DNA of 64,000 bases from Phoronis australis (lineage: Eukaryota > Animalia > Phoronida), in NCBI GenBank assembly GCA_002633005.1, contig NMRA01000225.1, forward strand, positions 591,115 to 655,114, written 5' to 3'. The notes beneath the pieces were generated by a model. The model was given only the letters and a program-made list of their open reading frames with translations, ran no database searches and was not told where the DNA came from. This document shows, one piece after another, positions 26,655-38,932 of the stretch. Each line of letters starts with the position of its first letter. The first letter of the stretch is position 1. Made by a program: the position numbers and the translations under genes.

Positions 26655-26861
26655 CATTTACCTGTCTTGCAACCCTTGGCAGTTCAAGGTCTGGAGAGCT
26701 GAGTATTGGCGTGGTGTTGTTGACAGTCTGGAAATTTGGCGCGTAATATTGAGAGCTATGTTCTACACATGTCTGTTTAACCATTTCCGGTTGAACACTT
26801 CCTGTTTTGCCTGCGACCATATCGAGAGCTTCGTTGTGCTTTGCACGAAACAAATGAAACA
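26655..26861. promoter_or_regulatory. Candidate bidirectional promoter for RFC4 and GTF2F2
   Basis: E2F-like TTTGGCGCG at 26735-26743 and ETS-like ATTTCCGGTT (26783) and CACTTCCTGT (26796). A minus-strand donor CAG|GTAAAT at 26662 could end a non-coding RFC4 first exon. RFC4 has an acceptor 3 nt before its ATG. Confidence 0.45.
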
Positions 26862-29800
26862 ATGGACAAGACGCACGATGTCCTTGACGTCGACTTGAGT
26901 GCGGCTTCTCGTGGAGTGTGGTTGGTTAAGGTGACGCTACTTTGTTCTAAATTACGCTTATGCCACTTAACACTCAGTATTAGGCGTGAACAGGATGTGA
27001 AGACAGGTTGCCATTGATTTAGTCACTAAATTTTAGTGAGGTGCAGGCCTAGGCTATAGTTCAGACGGCATTGTCTACCACCAGTTTTAGTCTTTAGTTT
27101 AATTGAAGCAAGTTCTCAAAATTAGGAGAATTTCTCTTCATCGGTAGAATTTGACCATATCAGGAGTATTGTTCTCTCGTTTGATCTGGCCCATTTGCTT
27201 TCACACACTTTTATGTCAAATTAATTTTATTATTCCCAGAAAATAAATTATTTGTTCAATGCCAATGGCATTGTTTCTCCTTGGTTTCAAAAGGAACATG
27301 GTGGTGAATGATCTGGCGAATTTGCTTTCACACACTTTATGTTAAATTAATTTTGTTACTCCCCGAAAATAAATTATTTGTTCAATACCAATGGCATTGT
27401 TTCCCCTGGGTTTCAAAAGGAACATGTTGGTGAATGGTCGAGCCGAAGTACAAAGCCAGGTGCCGCACCCTTTTGCGAGCCCTCATAGGTTCTGCCTCGA
27501 GTAGCAAAAACTAACTTTAATTTGTGCTATTTCAAATTGTCATCTGTGTGAATTAAGTGATTCGAAAAATCCAGGGGAATTTTGCAATCACTTGAGGGGA
27601 ATTTTTGGGCCTCATGAAGGAATTTTGCATGATTTTTTTAATATTTTAAGAGGCATACGGGGACTATATTTGGCCTCAAAATCGAGGGATTGAGGGCCCT
27701 GCACACTAATTGTATCTTAGGTAATTTCTAAATCAACCTTTTCTGTTTTGGACAGGCTAGTGAGCTGTCAGATCTGCTATTAGCAAGAGACAACTATGTT
27801 TGCTGGTTTACTTTTTCTTGGGTGTCCAAATTCTCAACGGGATGTTTTAACTAGATTGCCTAAATTAGAGTCAGAGTTCCAATTGATATGTTCTGGACAA
27901 CCTCTAGACAAAGTCCTGACCATTGCCACTGTGGTCTCTCCCTCTCTATCCGGTGCAGACTGTCAGAACTGGCCAGGCAAGCAGGTTCAATGACATCTCG
28001 GTGCCAGTGGTCCGTCTGCCAGCTAGCTGGATATGTCATACTGTATGCGGAATCGATATAATTGGTAAAAACTGGCAAAATATGTGAAGCTTACAAGTCT
28101 TTTGTTTGTAGAGTCCTCTCATCATGAAACTTACATCAAGATGTGCTGATCATTCATAAGTCGTTGTTACTCACTCTGACATTTAAATGACACCCACTTT
28201 GTCCATGACAACTATCAAAGGAAACGTACTAACGTTATTTACTTGCATCGTTCTTCCCCTTTTGAAAAGTCAAAGAAAATTCAAGACATCAATTTCTAAA
28301 CACTTCTATGCCAGGCATGTTGTCATAGCTGCTTCGGTTTATTAGTTATAATAAGTATACAATGACTGGTAACCATGCCCTTGTGGATTCTGTTTATTTT
28401 GATATTTTATCACTCGCATCTTTGAGGTCTTCCAAACATGAACCTTGACTCTTGGCTGCATGTTAGATGCAGCAAACAAGTGTTGCTTTAAATGACAGGG
28501 TTTCATTTTTTGTAGGTTCCCAAGTATCTGTCTGACAAATGGCAGAAGGCAAATGGCAACACTGAGGTCGGGCGTCTTCGCATCAACAAACCAAGGTTTG
28601 TACACTTGTGATCTGAATTCCTATGATGGAGGAACAGATGCTGCACTGCAAATTTAGACAGCTCGACTTTGACGTATCTGTTGAATTCATTCTGGGCACA
28701 GGTTTTGTCATAAGGCTGCAAATAGCAAGTGCTTTTGAAATTGATGGTACCACCGGTACTCATTTATTAGTGCTTGTTTTTAAGGCTTTCCTCTCTTGTC
28801 TATAGTGAGATGCTTTAAAGCATTGCCACCAAGATATTTTATAGCTTTGCTGTAATTTTCAGTCAGTGAATACATAGCATAAAATCTATTACGTGATTCA
28901 GCGTTTAAATTTGTAAAATAAGAAATAATTTCAAATCTCCTTGGTTTTGTGATGTCAGGACTGGAATTTCACTTCCCCGGCTGCCTAATGTCAAAACTGC
29001 AACTTGATTTTAAGTTGAATTGTTTGTTATTTTTCAGAAGTTGAAGCATTGGCCCATTTTGTTGGGTCTGTGCTCAGCACAAGCATGTAATTCATTGCTT
29101 TGCTGCTTGAATGCTTCAAACACTTTGCATTTGGCTCGACTTTGTAGTGGATTTTCTTGCAGACTAGTGGAGACGTCGTCCACCTGTGACTCAACCACAT
29201 TTTGTATTTTCAAATTTTCACATATTTCTAGATTAAGAGGTCTTAAAACATTCTTAATGTCACACATATATAATTTTTTCCCAGTGGTCAAGACTATGGA
29301 TGGACCTGTTCGACATTGATAGCAACAAATAGCGCAAATTACAACCAGATGTCTTTTTTGAAATTTTATTGCTAGCATTTATTCACAGTAATCGAAGTTA
29401 GCATGCATTTATATTCAGTTTGGTCGTAATGAAGCTACTTAATTTGAGTCTTGATGCCATCAATGTATGAGTGCAGATATGAAAGTCTCAGTATATTTGT
29501 AGATTTACTGGTGCAAAGCCTGAAGTTATCTTTACGGAGAAGTCCAACTTAAAGAGTGGCGCTGGAGAAGATACTACTCCCAAACATCACAAGTTTGTAT
29601 TGACAGGTGTCGCCAGTCAATCATTAACAGTTCTGTCGCAGGGTCCTAAACCTGGTTAGTGCTGAGCCATGAATTGGCCGTCTCCTTTCTCTTTGCGATC
29701 ACTACAGTTAAAAAGAATTAGCTGGAATATCATTCTTTCGTTGATGATTTGCAAAAATTCAGACAGTTTATTATTTAAATTGCCTTTAACGATGTTATTA

Positions 29801-32800
29801 TCAAATTTGTTAAGTTGATAACGCCAGCCTTGTTACGGAAATTTCTAGTTGAATCACAAATTGTGTTCTAATTAATATTTATGGATTGTTTGTCTAGCAG
29901 TGTCCTGTCGTGAAATGCGCGAGAGAGGATTTGGTAACTACGTGTATGCCTGTACAGTTGCCTTATTGACTTTGCAGAGAACATAGGGATAGATGGTAAA
30001 GTCATCCAGCGTGCAGAGTGTCGACCAGTTGCGGATGACAACTACATGAAGTTGAAAAGGTAACTGTTTCCTGCCTTCTCATTCAATATCTAAAGTAAAT
30101 CTTTCACGAGTCGTGAGGCTCACTGAACCGGTTGTTAACTCCAGTTGCTGTAACATGAGGAGATGAGAGTTTGTCAAGTCCCTCTTGGCGGGACGCTGTT
30201 CTGCCACGGGTACTTCCCAGACATGCGTCAAATGCACACTACGCAACAAAGTTCATATTGCCTTACTATTGAGAGAAGTTGCATATTGTGTAACTTGCAA
30301 GAGTTTATGTCTCATTTTAATTAGCCTTATAATGATACTTCAGCATTTTAACCATCAAAACATCGTTGATATGTCAGCACAGTTGAGCTCATATGAGTCA
30401 TCAGACTTTGGTACCATACGCAAAAAATGCGGATTTGTATGGAAATGTGGCCTGTAGTACACAAATTTGCAAGACCAGGCCAAAGTATGCAAATTTGCAA
30501 GACCAGGCCAAAGTATGCAAATTCAAAGCAGATTATTTACGAAGTTGTTATTCACAGGTAAGTATGCGCAAGATGAACACAGTTTCAAAATGCTGACGTG
30601 CTGAGACGATTGAATTTTCGATGTTTGGTCCATGCACCAAAATCTGAAAATTTACTGAAAAATCTGCAAATCTGGTGTCCAACGTACTCAAATGCAGTTT
30701 TGGTGGTGCACAGGCCTGAGTCATATTGCACGGTGTGCTTAAGGCTTTAGTTTAAGTTTTGCATCAAGGATATTTATTGTTGTGTGCCCACACACAAATA
30801 CAGGTACATGTGGTGAAAACGTTCTTGATGGAGCGTCATTATATTTTACTTCCTTGATGGATCTTCAACATTATTTAGTACATGACTTGTGCTCCTACTG
30901 AGGGGAGCATTAATTTTCATTTTGTTAATGTGGCAGCGTCTGGTAAAGAATATCAACTGACATGTATTCGCATCCATGGACGGTTGTTATAAACATGCAG
31001 TCTGAGATTGCACTCAAAAAGGATGATGAATCACTTTGTTGTATTGGACACCTTTTGTCACAAAACGTGAACTTCTATGTCAAGTCATGCCTTCATTCTT
31101 GTAGGTCAGTGTTTGTAGCCAGCAATAAACCCAAACGAGAAGTGCAGCAGCTTACAGGGCCCGTACTGAACTACAAACCAGTGTCCAACCATGTGTCTAA
31201 TGTAAGTGGTCTTAAGAGCACGTCCACGAATGGACCAGGCAAAAAGTGATAAAGGCTATGTCACGGATTTCCTCAATTGTTTGCATGATGGTAGGGGTTG
31301 ATGCCCCAACCTTCATACTAACATTAATTTTTTTGCGTGCGCCACCTTGTGGTTGCTATGGGAACGTGTTGTGTTTCTGCCAATTCCAAGCCTCGTTACA
31401 GCTACATTTTGGCACTTTTTGCGAACTTACCTTGAGAACAATAGTGCAAAATGAAACACTTCAAGTTTATCACTGAATTGGGGTGTCTTTCAACTTGCCA
31501 GTCATAGAAAATGTCAAGGTTTCAGTTACATCTTAACCGTTTTTGAAGGCTACCAGTTTAGCTAGTTCGTGGTGATTCCAAAATGTTGAAAATTGCCCTA
31601 CTTGCTGCCTCAATATCTCAGCTGAAGCCAAATTTAAAACAACAAAACNNNNNNNNNNNNNNNNNNNNNNNNNNNNNNNNNNNNNNNNNNNNNNNNNNNN
31701 NNNNNNNNNNNNNNNNNNNNNNNNNNNNNNNNNNNNNNNNNNNNNNNNNNNNNNNNNNNNNNCAATCCCTAAATCCAACGCAGTTGAGTTCTCTACTAAC
31801 CTATCTTGCCGCAGAATACTCGCCGATGGAAAGTGGTGGCGACAATTGGTGAAAAATAGCACAAAACAAAAGTAGAATAGAACAGATTCGCACAGTAAGC
31901 TCAACGCAAAACCAAGTGGCGGGAAGCGCTTGCCTCCTAAAACGTCACTTCCGGAAAAGCGGATGAGTAATTAATAAAATTACGAAAAGCTGTAATTAAG
32001 TGAAAAATATGTCTAGGATAACCAACCAACCTTATTTTAGCTCAAAATGACATGGAAAAAGGTTGCCTTCGCCTTTAATGTGGCAGCATCTGGTAAAGAA
32101 TGCCAACTGACATATATTTGCATCCATGGACGGTTGTTATAAACATGCAGTCTGAGATTGCACTCAAAAAAAAGGATGATGAATCACTTTGTTGTATTGG
32201 ACACCTTTTGTCACAAAACGTGAACTTATATGTCAACTCATGCCTTCATTCTTGTAGGTCAGTGTTTGTAGCCAGCAATAAACCCAAACGAGAAGTGCAG
32301 CAGCTCACAGGGCCCGTACTGAACTACAAACCAGTGTCCAATCATGTGTCTAATGTAAGCGGTCTTAAGCCATGCTGACTGTAACCAGAGGCCGGTTGAG
32401 TGAAAATGTCAGAATATAAGAACCTATCAAAGCTCCCTAACTATCTAGGAATTAGCCATCCAGCTAACTATATGAAGGCTAGCTGGGAAATCAATGTGCT
32501 TGGTAGTGCTTTGCTTTTGGATCATTGCTAGATGTGGTCTGAAATGCAGTCCTGTCTCATTCCAAATGTTCCCTCAGGTGCATAGCTCAACATACTTCTT
32601 GATGGTGCTATTACTATTTGAACCTGGTTTGATGGACTGTATTGAACTACTAGATTATTTAATAGATGCTCTGAGACTCGTCTCCTTCAATGGGATGATG
32701 CTGACCTCTTGTGGCGTAAACTCCAGTCACATGATATCTCATCTGAGATCTACATGTTGAGACGTCTTCAAAGATCTAACAATCTAGATAAATACAGTTC

Positions 32801-34817
32801 AGCAGACCAGATTCAAGCAGCAATAGTTTGAATTTCTTGGATGGCTCAAGAGCTACACTTTATTCATTTTTTTTTGCGTTTGTTCTACCCCTGGTAAAGC
32901 ATTTTTTAATACCAGCAATATCATTTTGCACGTTTTCATCGTATCCAATGTAATATTCTTAGGGACTCAACACAGTGACTAATCAAAAGTCCAAAAGTTG
33001 AGATTGCAGTTAAAGAAAAAGCGGCAGGGCACTTTTCATGCAGTGTCCTTTAAAATTTAAAGATACCAATAAGTCTTAAAGACATCTTTAACCTTTCATG
33101 TAATGGGCCATAGCATAATCACGCTGGGACAGTCAGTGTTTTGTTCAATTAAGTTTTATCAGCTGGACGATTGAGTTCTGATCATTACATGGTATTTAAG
33201 TCCAGCATTACATTGCAGCTGCCAAGGTTTGATTTAGACCTGTTACCACTATAACATTGATTTCAACTTGTTTCTAGCTTAGATGTGATTTTTGGTTTTG
33301 TAAAGCACTGGCATTTCTATATTGCTGGAGACCTTGCCCATCGTTTAAATGGATACGTTGTGACTAGTCTAACTGACTCAGTTTAAGGCAAATAGTTTAA
33401 ATCATTTTTTGATGGACAATGGGTTTATAGTTGCTTTATTTGCTGAATGAAAGTAAACTCTGGTACTATCTGAACTGGCTAGTATGATTACATAAATGGA
33501 CCACAACTATCAGGTAGTCAGGAAATGGGTGATAGAATCATTTGGGTAATGCATTCAGGATTCACGGGTTTAACTCTCTCTGTACCTGTATGATGGTGAA
33601 TTTCTCGTCTTAGGACTTGAGGAGCATTACATACACCTGTACATTGCAAAATCGTGCACGTGACAGTCAAGTGTTTTGCGGGTAGGCTCAGGAGCATATT
33701 AGCCTTTCCTAGCAAAATGGGCGCCACCAAAGTTACTGGTTGACGAGGTTGGAATGCTGGATTATGCAAATGAATTCATAAATTTTGGCATAGAATTCAC
33801 TGTTTTCATTTCGTTTGAGGAAGCTTTTAAAAGAAAAATTGCACGCTATTGCCAGTCTTAACAATATCTTTGTTTGGTCTTACTCGAAACTACTTTTAAC
33901 ATGTGGGTACTAGATAAATAGGCAAAAAACTTTTTATAACTTCATACATGAATCTTGCTATTAGTTCTCAACCACTGAACCACTCCTTCTTCAAGAGTCT
34001 TTAGAAATTTATAACTCACGTTTGAGATTTTGTTTAAGGATTTTTGCCCGTTTTTCGTAACGAAACAATCAAGTCGCCAGCAAGGACTAATTTCTGGGCT
34101 GTGTCATCAATCAAGCAAAAGTGCAAAATTGATTACAGCACTTTATATAGAGTAGTAATTGACAGGTTTTTAGGGGGTTGGTCTGGTAAGGACGAAGGAA
34201 CTTAATTTTCTTTAGACCTAATGTGTTGCATTGGCAGAACGTTGTCCAGTTTATGTGTGTAGTGCTTATAACTGATTATGTCATTATATAACTGTAGATC
34301 ACAGCTGAAGCTAAAAAGAAAGAACAAGGGAAACGCCTGCGGGGTGAAAAGGATGCTGTTATGGACATCTTGTTCAATGCATTTGAAAAGCATCAGTATT
34401 ATAACGTCAAAGACTTGGTCACAATCACAAAACAACCTGTGGTAAGTTCCTACAAAGAAAGAAATACAGGGTGTTGTTTTGTGTATTCCATCATCAGCTG
34501 TCACAAACAATTCCAAGTTTGCCAGCTCTTGTTACCGTATTTGTTTGCATTTAGCCCTTTCCAGCCAAGTACAGTTTTTTTGCCAGTGCACTGTTTGTGG
34601 AATCAGCTGCATGTGTTTATGCCATTTTTCTTGTCCAATGTGTTGCAGTTATCTTCAAGTGGAATGTACTATTTCATCTCGCACATTCTTTCTTTTGCTT
34701 TAGACCTATCTAAAAGAAATCCTCAAAGAGATCTGCAACTATAACATGAAAGCACCTCACAGAAATATGTGGGAGCTAAAGCCAGAATACAGGCATTATA
34801 AACCTCACGATTCGTAG
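26862..34817 (+). CDS. GTF2F2: General transcription factor IIF subunit 2 (RAP30), ~245 aa; exons 26862-26930, 28516-28595, 29503-29654, 29978-30059, 31105-31201 (duplicate 32258-32354), 34298-34441, 34704-34817
   Basis: The spliced frame gives DLSAASRGVWLVKVPKYLSDKW, GKVIQRAECRP, NYKPVSNH, LFNAFEKHQYYNVKDLVTITKQPVTYLKEILKEIC and HRNMWELKPEYRHY. Junctions are GT-AG with consistent phases. Confidence 0.95.
27183..27436. repeat. Two-copy ~126-bp tandem duplication in GTF2F2 intron 1
   Basis: GATCTGGC..ATTTGCTTTCACACACTTT...TTTCAAAAGGAACATG.TGGTGAATG occurs twice in tandem. Confidence 0.8.
30115..30222. mobile_element. Probable Nin-domain SINE fragment
   Basis: CCGGTTGTTAACTCCAGTTGCTGTAACATGAGGAGATGAGAGT...CCCTCTTGGCGGGACGCTG resembles the invertebrate Nin SINE core as I recall it; not aligned. 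Confidence 0.4.
30463..30522. repeat. 28-bp direct tandem repeat, 2 copies
   Basis: AAATTTGCAAGACCAGGCCAAAGTATGC occurs twice in tandem. Confidence 0.85.
32075..32370 (+). repeat. Near-identical duplicate of ~30925-31217, including GTF2F2 exon 5 (likely a second haplotype across the N gap)
   Basis: The copies differ by few SNPs and lie on either side of the N run at 31649-31762. Confidence 0.75.
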
Positions 34818-36074
34818 CTAGACACCAGGAGTTGCCTGCGTACCTTCAGTTTCCCTGTCGAGATGTTGGGTGCTATCGGATACTGCTGGATACAATCCAT
34901 GTCTGTCATAGGATGAAGGGATCGCCAAGTCATGGTGATGGCTAAGGTGAATGGAGTTATTACCTTCCATGTGAATTTGAAAGAAGTGGTGTGTTTGATA
35001 GAATAAGACGCAACACATGGAACTGAAAGGCGAGTGTTTCACGAGTAGTAACTTGGAGACCTTACTTCAAGTGTAGACAAAGTGGTCGCCATTGAAGTGA
35101 TTGGACAGTGAGAGAGGAATGTTGGAAGCTGAAGTTTTGAATTATTGGAGTAAATTCACTTTTTCCGTTCTGTAATAAAGCCTCTCAGTAAGCGCCTTGC
35201 ATTAGGTAACTCTTCCCATGTCTAATTGTTGTGAAAAGAATCAGCACAGGACATGACATGGAAACAGTTGTATAACTTGGATAGGTCTGCTGTTGAAACG
35301 TATATTTAACTTAACTAATTGTTGTTTGAAGTACCACAGAAAGGAAATACCGACCAGTGATGATGAACTAGGGTAGCATTCCGTAGACCAAGTTCCTTGC
35401 GAGAAAGTAAGCTCACAAAACTCTCCGAAGTCACTCGTGGAGTTAAAGGGGAATGTTTCGTAAATAATTATGCTCGTGAGCTTTTGTAACCTTGTAAGTG
35501 GCAACTACTGAAGGGTTTGATCAACGCTCCACAAGCGAGGATTGTTGTTGCAAGTGCAAACGAATGTATTGAGTACAGAGCTAGCTGGTGAATGGATCTT
35601 TGTGCATTGTCAGCGCAAGAGAGGTCACGTGTTGAGGTCATGGGTAACCTTATCTCCTAGTCTGTGTTTATAGCCAAATTTCTACAAAATTAATTTAACT
35701 TTTGTAAAAGTATCAGAAAGTAAAAATTGTAAATAAAATGTGAACTTAAAAATCAATGTGAAAAGCTCATTGACCATTCTTTAAAATCTATGGAGGTTTC
35801 AAAACTGTTTAGCCATATACTGTATCAATGTTGAAATCTTAAATCAAGGGCTTTGGGGTTAAAACATTACCTCACTTATCCTGTCTTGAATTGGTGTCTG
35901 GATAATCCAGTAATAGGTCACGGGCAGTGCGTATACTTGCTGTTTTGGAATTCGCAGGGTTAACCCCGGTGTACTGTCAGAAGTGTTTTCTAGAGTTGCT
36001 GATGATTTGAATGTTCTTGTTTGATAACGGAAGTGGTATCCTGTCGCTGTAAGCAATACTTTGAGATTGGTTGT

Positions 36075-38932
36075 TTTTTTTTCCAAGCAGTTTATTATAA
36101 GTATTTGCGGCTTATCTAACACTTACAAACAAATGAATGAAATAACACATACTATAATCAAGATAGCAAACTATTAACTGGTTCACATATGCACAGTGTC
36201 CTATGTTTAGTGACTGAATCCCTCTACAACACAAGATCGTAATCACAATCTGTTTAGAGTACCAGTACACCACAGCGCGCTTACTGTGGGCATACTGCCG
36301 AAAAACCCTTCAGCAGCAGTATACATGGTTTGATTATTCTGCATTGCATGCAGATAGCTTATGTAAACAAGCGTGGCTACTTAACGTTCGGACAACAAAG
36401 AAAGAAATAACCAACGTATTCAATAACAGAACACATGGAAGATAAAATTAAAGCCCAGCCTATGGGGCACGAACATCATACTATCTATGAAGCAGCTTAT
36501 ATTCCTCGATGGAAATTAAAGTATTCAAAGGTCCGTCTCCACCGTCAAGTGCACAAAGATGGTGCGTGGCAAAATTAACCATGTAATTCACACTACGTTA
36601 TGGCGAATTGGAGAGTAGTTTACTCGTCGAAACATGGGAAAAATATGCTCAATCACCACCTCAAAGTACCCGGATTAACTGGAGATAAACTTATCTAAAC
36701 TACTGTCAACGCCAAGAAAATTCACTGGATATGCCCCAGCTAAGGCAGAATGTAGTCCTACACTCGTCTAGTGCTTCATGATTATTTTGATCTAAGATAT
36801 TGCGAAAGTATATACTTATACAGTAGACGATGGGTACTTAATAACCTAAAAAGCATCAGAAGCCTGTAATAATATCAGTCATGTGACACACGCAACTGCA
36901 ATGGAAACACACTCAAGCTACAAGTTCACTAGTTATACGTTATCTCCTTATATTAAAGTTACGAAAGGTGCATATACATAATGCGTATTTACATTTGCTG
37001 GATAACCACCAGCTGACACTTGTCGACGGTCACTCTGGCAAGTCCGTCGATCATCAAGCCCGGCTCACGTTTTACGATAGGCCACCTTTTTACGCTTTGT
37101 AGTAGTCTTTCCCCTTTTGGAGTCCAAGGAAGTTGCCTTGTTTCTTTTCTCCTGAAAAAGCACGATTGCTATTTACTCCATATCGTCACAAAGTGCGGTG
37201 GACTCGTGTTGATTTCGACAACCTAAATGTGTAGGCTATGAATGCAATGACGTAGTCATTTTTTGTTCTCTTGCATGTTTCGGTGAACATGAACAAGCTG
37301 AACCTATTTTCACGGGGCACCCTCAAATTGTTTCAAAAGTGGTCATGTTGATTGTAACGACCTTTTACAGTAGAGAAGGGCACCAGGAAAGNNNNNNNNN
37401 NNNNNNNNNNNNNNNNNNNNNNNNNNNNNNNNNNNNNNNNNNNNNNNNNNNNNNNNNNNNNNNNNNNNNNNNNNNNNNNNNNNNNNNNNNNNNNNNNNNN
37501 NNNNNNNNNNNNNNNNNNNNNNNNNNNNNNNNNNNNNNNNNNNNNNNNNNNNNNNNNNNNNNNNNNNNNNNNNNNNNNNNNNNNNNNNNNNNNNNNNNNT
37601 TTTTTTTCCAAGCAGTTTATTATAAGTATTTGCGGCTTATCTAACACTTACAAACAAATGAATGAAATAACACATACTATAATCAAGATAGCAAACTTTT
37701 AACTGGTTCACATATGCACAGTGTCCTATGTTTAGTGACTGAATCCCTCTACAACACAAGATCGTAATCACAATCTGTTTAGAGTACCAGTACACCATAG
37801 CGCGCTTACTGTGGGCATACTGCCGAAAAACCCTTCAGCAGCAGTATACATGGTTTGATTATTCTGCATTGCATGCAGCTAGCTTATGTAAACAAGCGTG
37901 GCTACTTAACGTTCCGACAACAAAGAAAGAAATAACCAACTTATTCAATAACAGAACACATGGAAGATAAAATTAAAGCCCAGCCTATGGGGCACGAACA
38001 TCATACTATCTATGAAGCAGCTTGTATTCCTCGATGGAAATTAAAGTATTCAAAGGTCCGTCTCCACGTCAAGTGCACAAAGATGGTGCGTGGCAAAATT
38101 AACCATGTAATTCACACTACGTTATGGCGAATTGGAGAGTAGTTTACTCCTCGAAACATGGGAAAAATATGCTCAATCACCACCTCAAAGTACCCGGATT
38201 AACTGGAGATAAACTTATCTAAACTACTGTCAACGCCAAGAAAATTCACTGGATATATCCCAGCTAAGGCAGAATGTAGTCCTACACTCGTCTAGTGCTT
38301 CATGATGAATTTTGCTATAAGATATTGCGAAAGTATATACTTATACAGTAGACGATGGGTACTTAATAACCTAAAAAGCATCAGAAGTCTGTAATAATAT
38401 CAGTCATGTGACACACGCAACTGCAATGAAAACACACTCAAGTTACAAGTTCACTAGTTATACGTTATCTCCTTATATTAAAGTTACGAAAGGTGCATAT
38501 ACCTAATGCGTATTTACATTTGCTGGATAACCACCAGCTAACACTTGTCGACGGTCACTACTGGCAAGTCCGTCGATCATCAAGCCCGGCTCACGTTTTA
38601 CGATAGGCCACCTTTTTACGCTTTGTAGTAGTCTTTCCCCTTTTGGAGTCCAAGGAAGTTGCCTTGTTTCTTTTCTCCTGAAAAACACGATTGCTATTTA
38701 CTCCATATCGTCACAAAGTGCGGTGGACTCGTGTTGATTTCGACATCCTAAATGTGTAGGCTATAAATACAATGACGTAGTCATTTTTTGTTCTCTTGCA
38801 TGTCTCGGTGAACATGAACAAGCAGAACCGTGTAGTAAACAGTACTTACATTTTCACGGGGCACCCCCAAATTGTTTCAAAAGTGTCAATGTTGATTGTA
38901 ACGACCTTTTACAGTAGAAAAGGGCACCAGGA
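36075..38932. repeat. ~1.3-kb direct duplication (36075-37390 and 37600-38932) around an N gap, a probable haplotype artefact
   Basis: The copies are nearly identical, with scattered SNPs and indels, and abut the N run at 37392-37599. Confidence 0.85.

Noticed and set aside
36075-38932. A real 1.3-kb segmental duplication
   Set aside because: Near-identical copies abut an N gap, which is typical of uncollapsed haplotypes.
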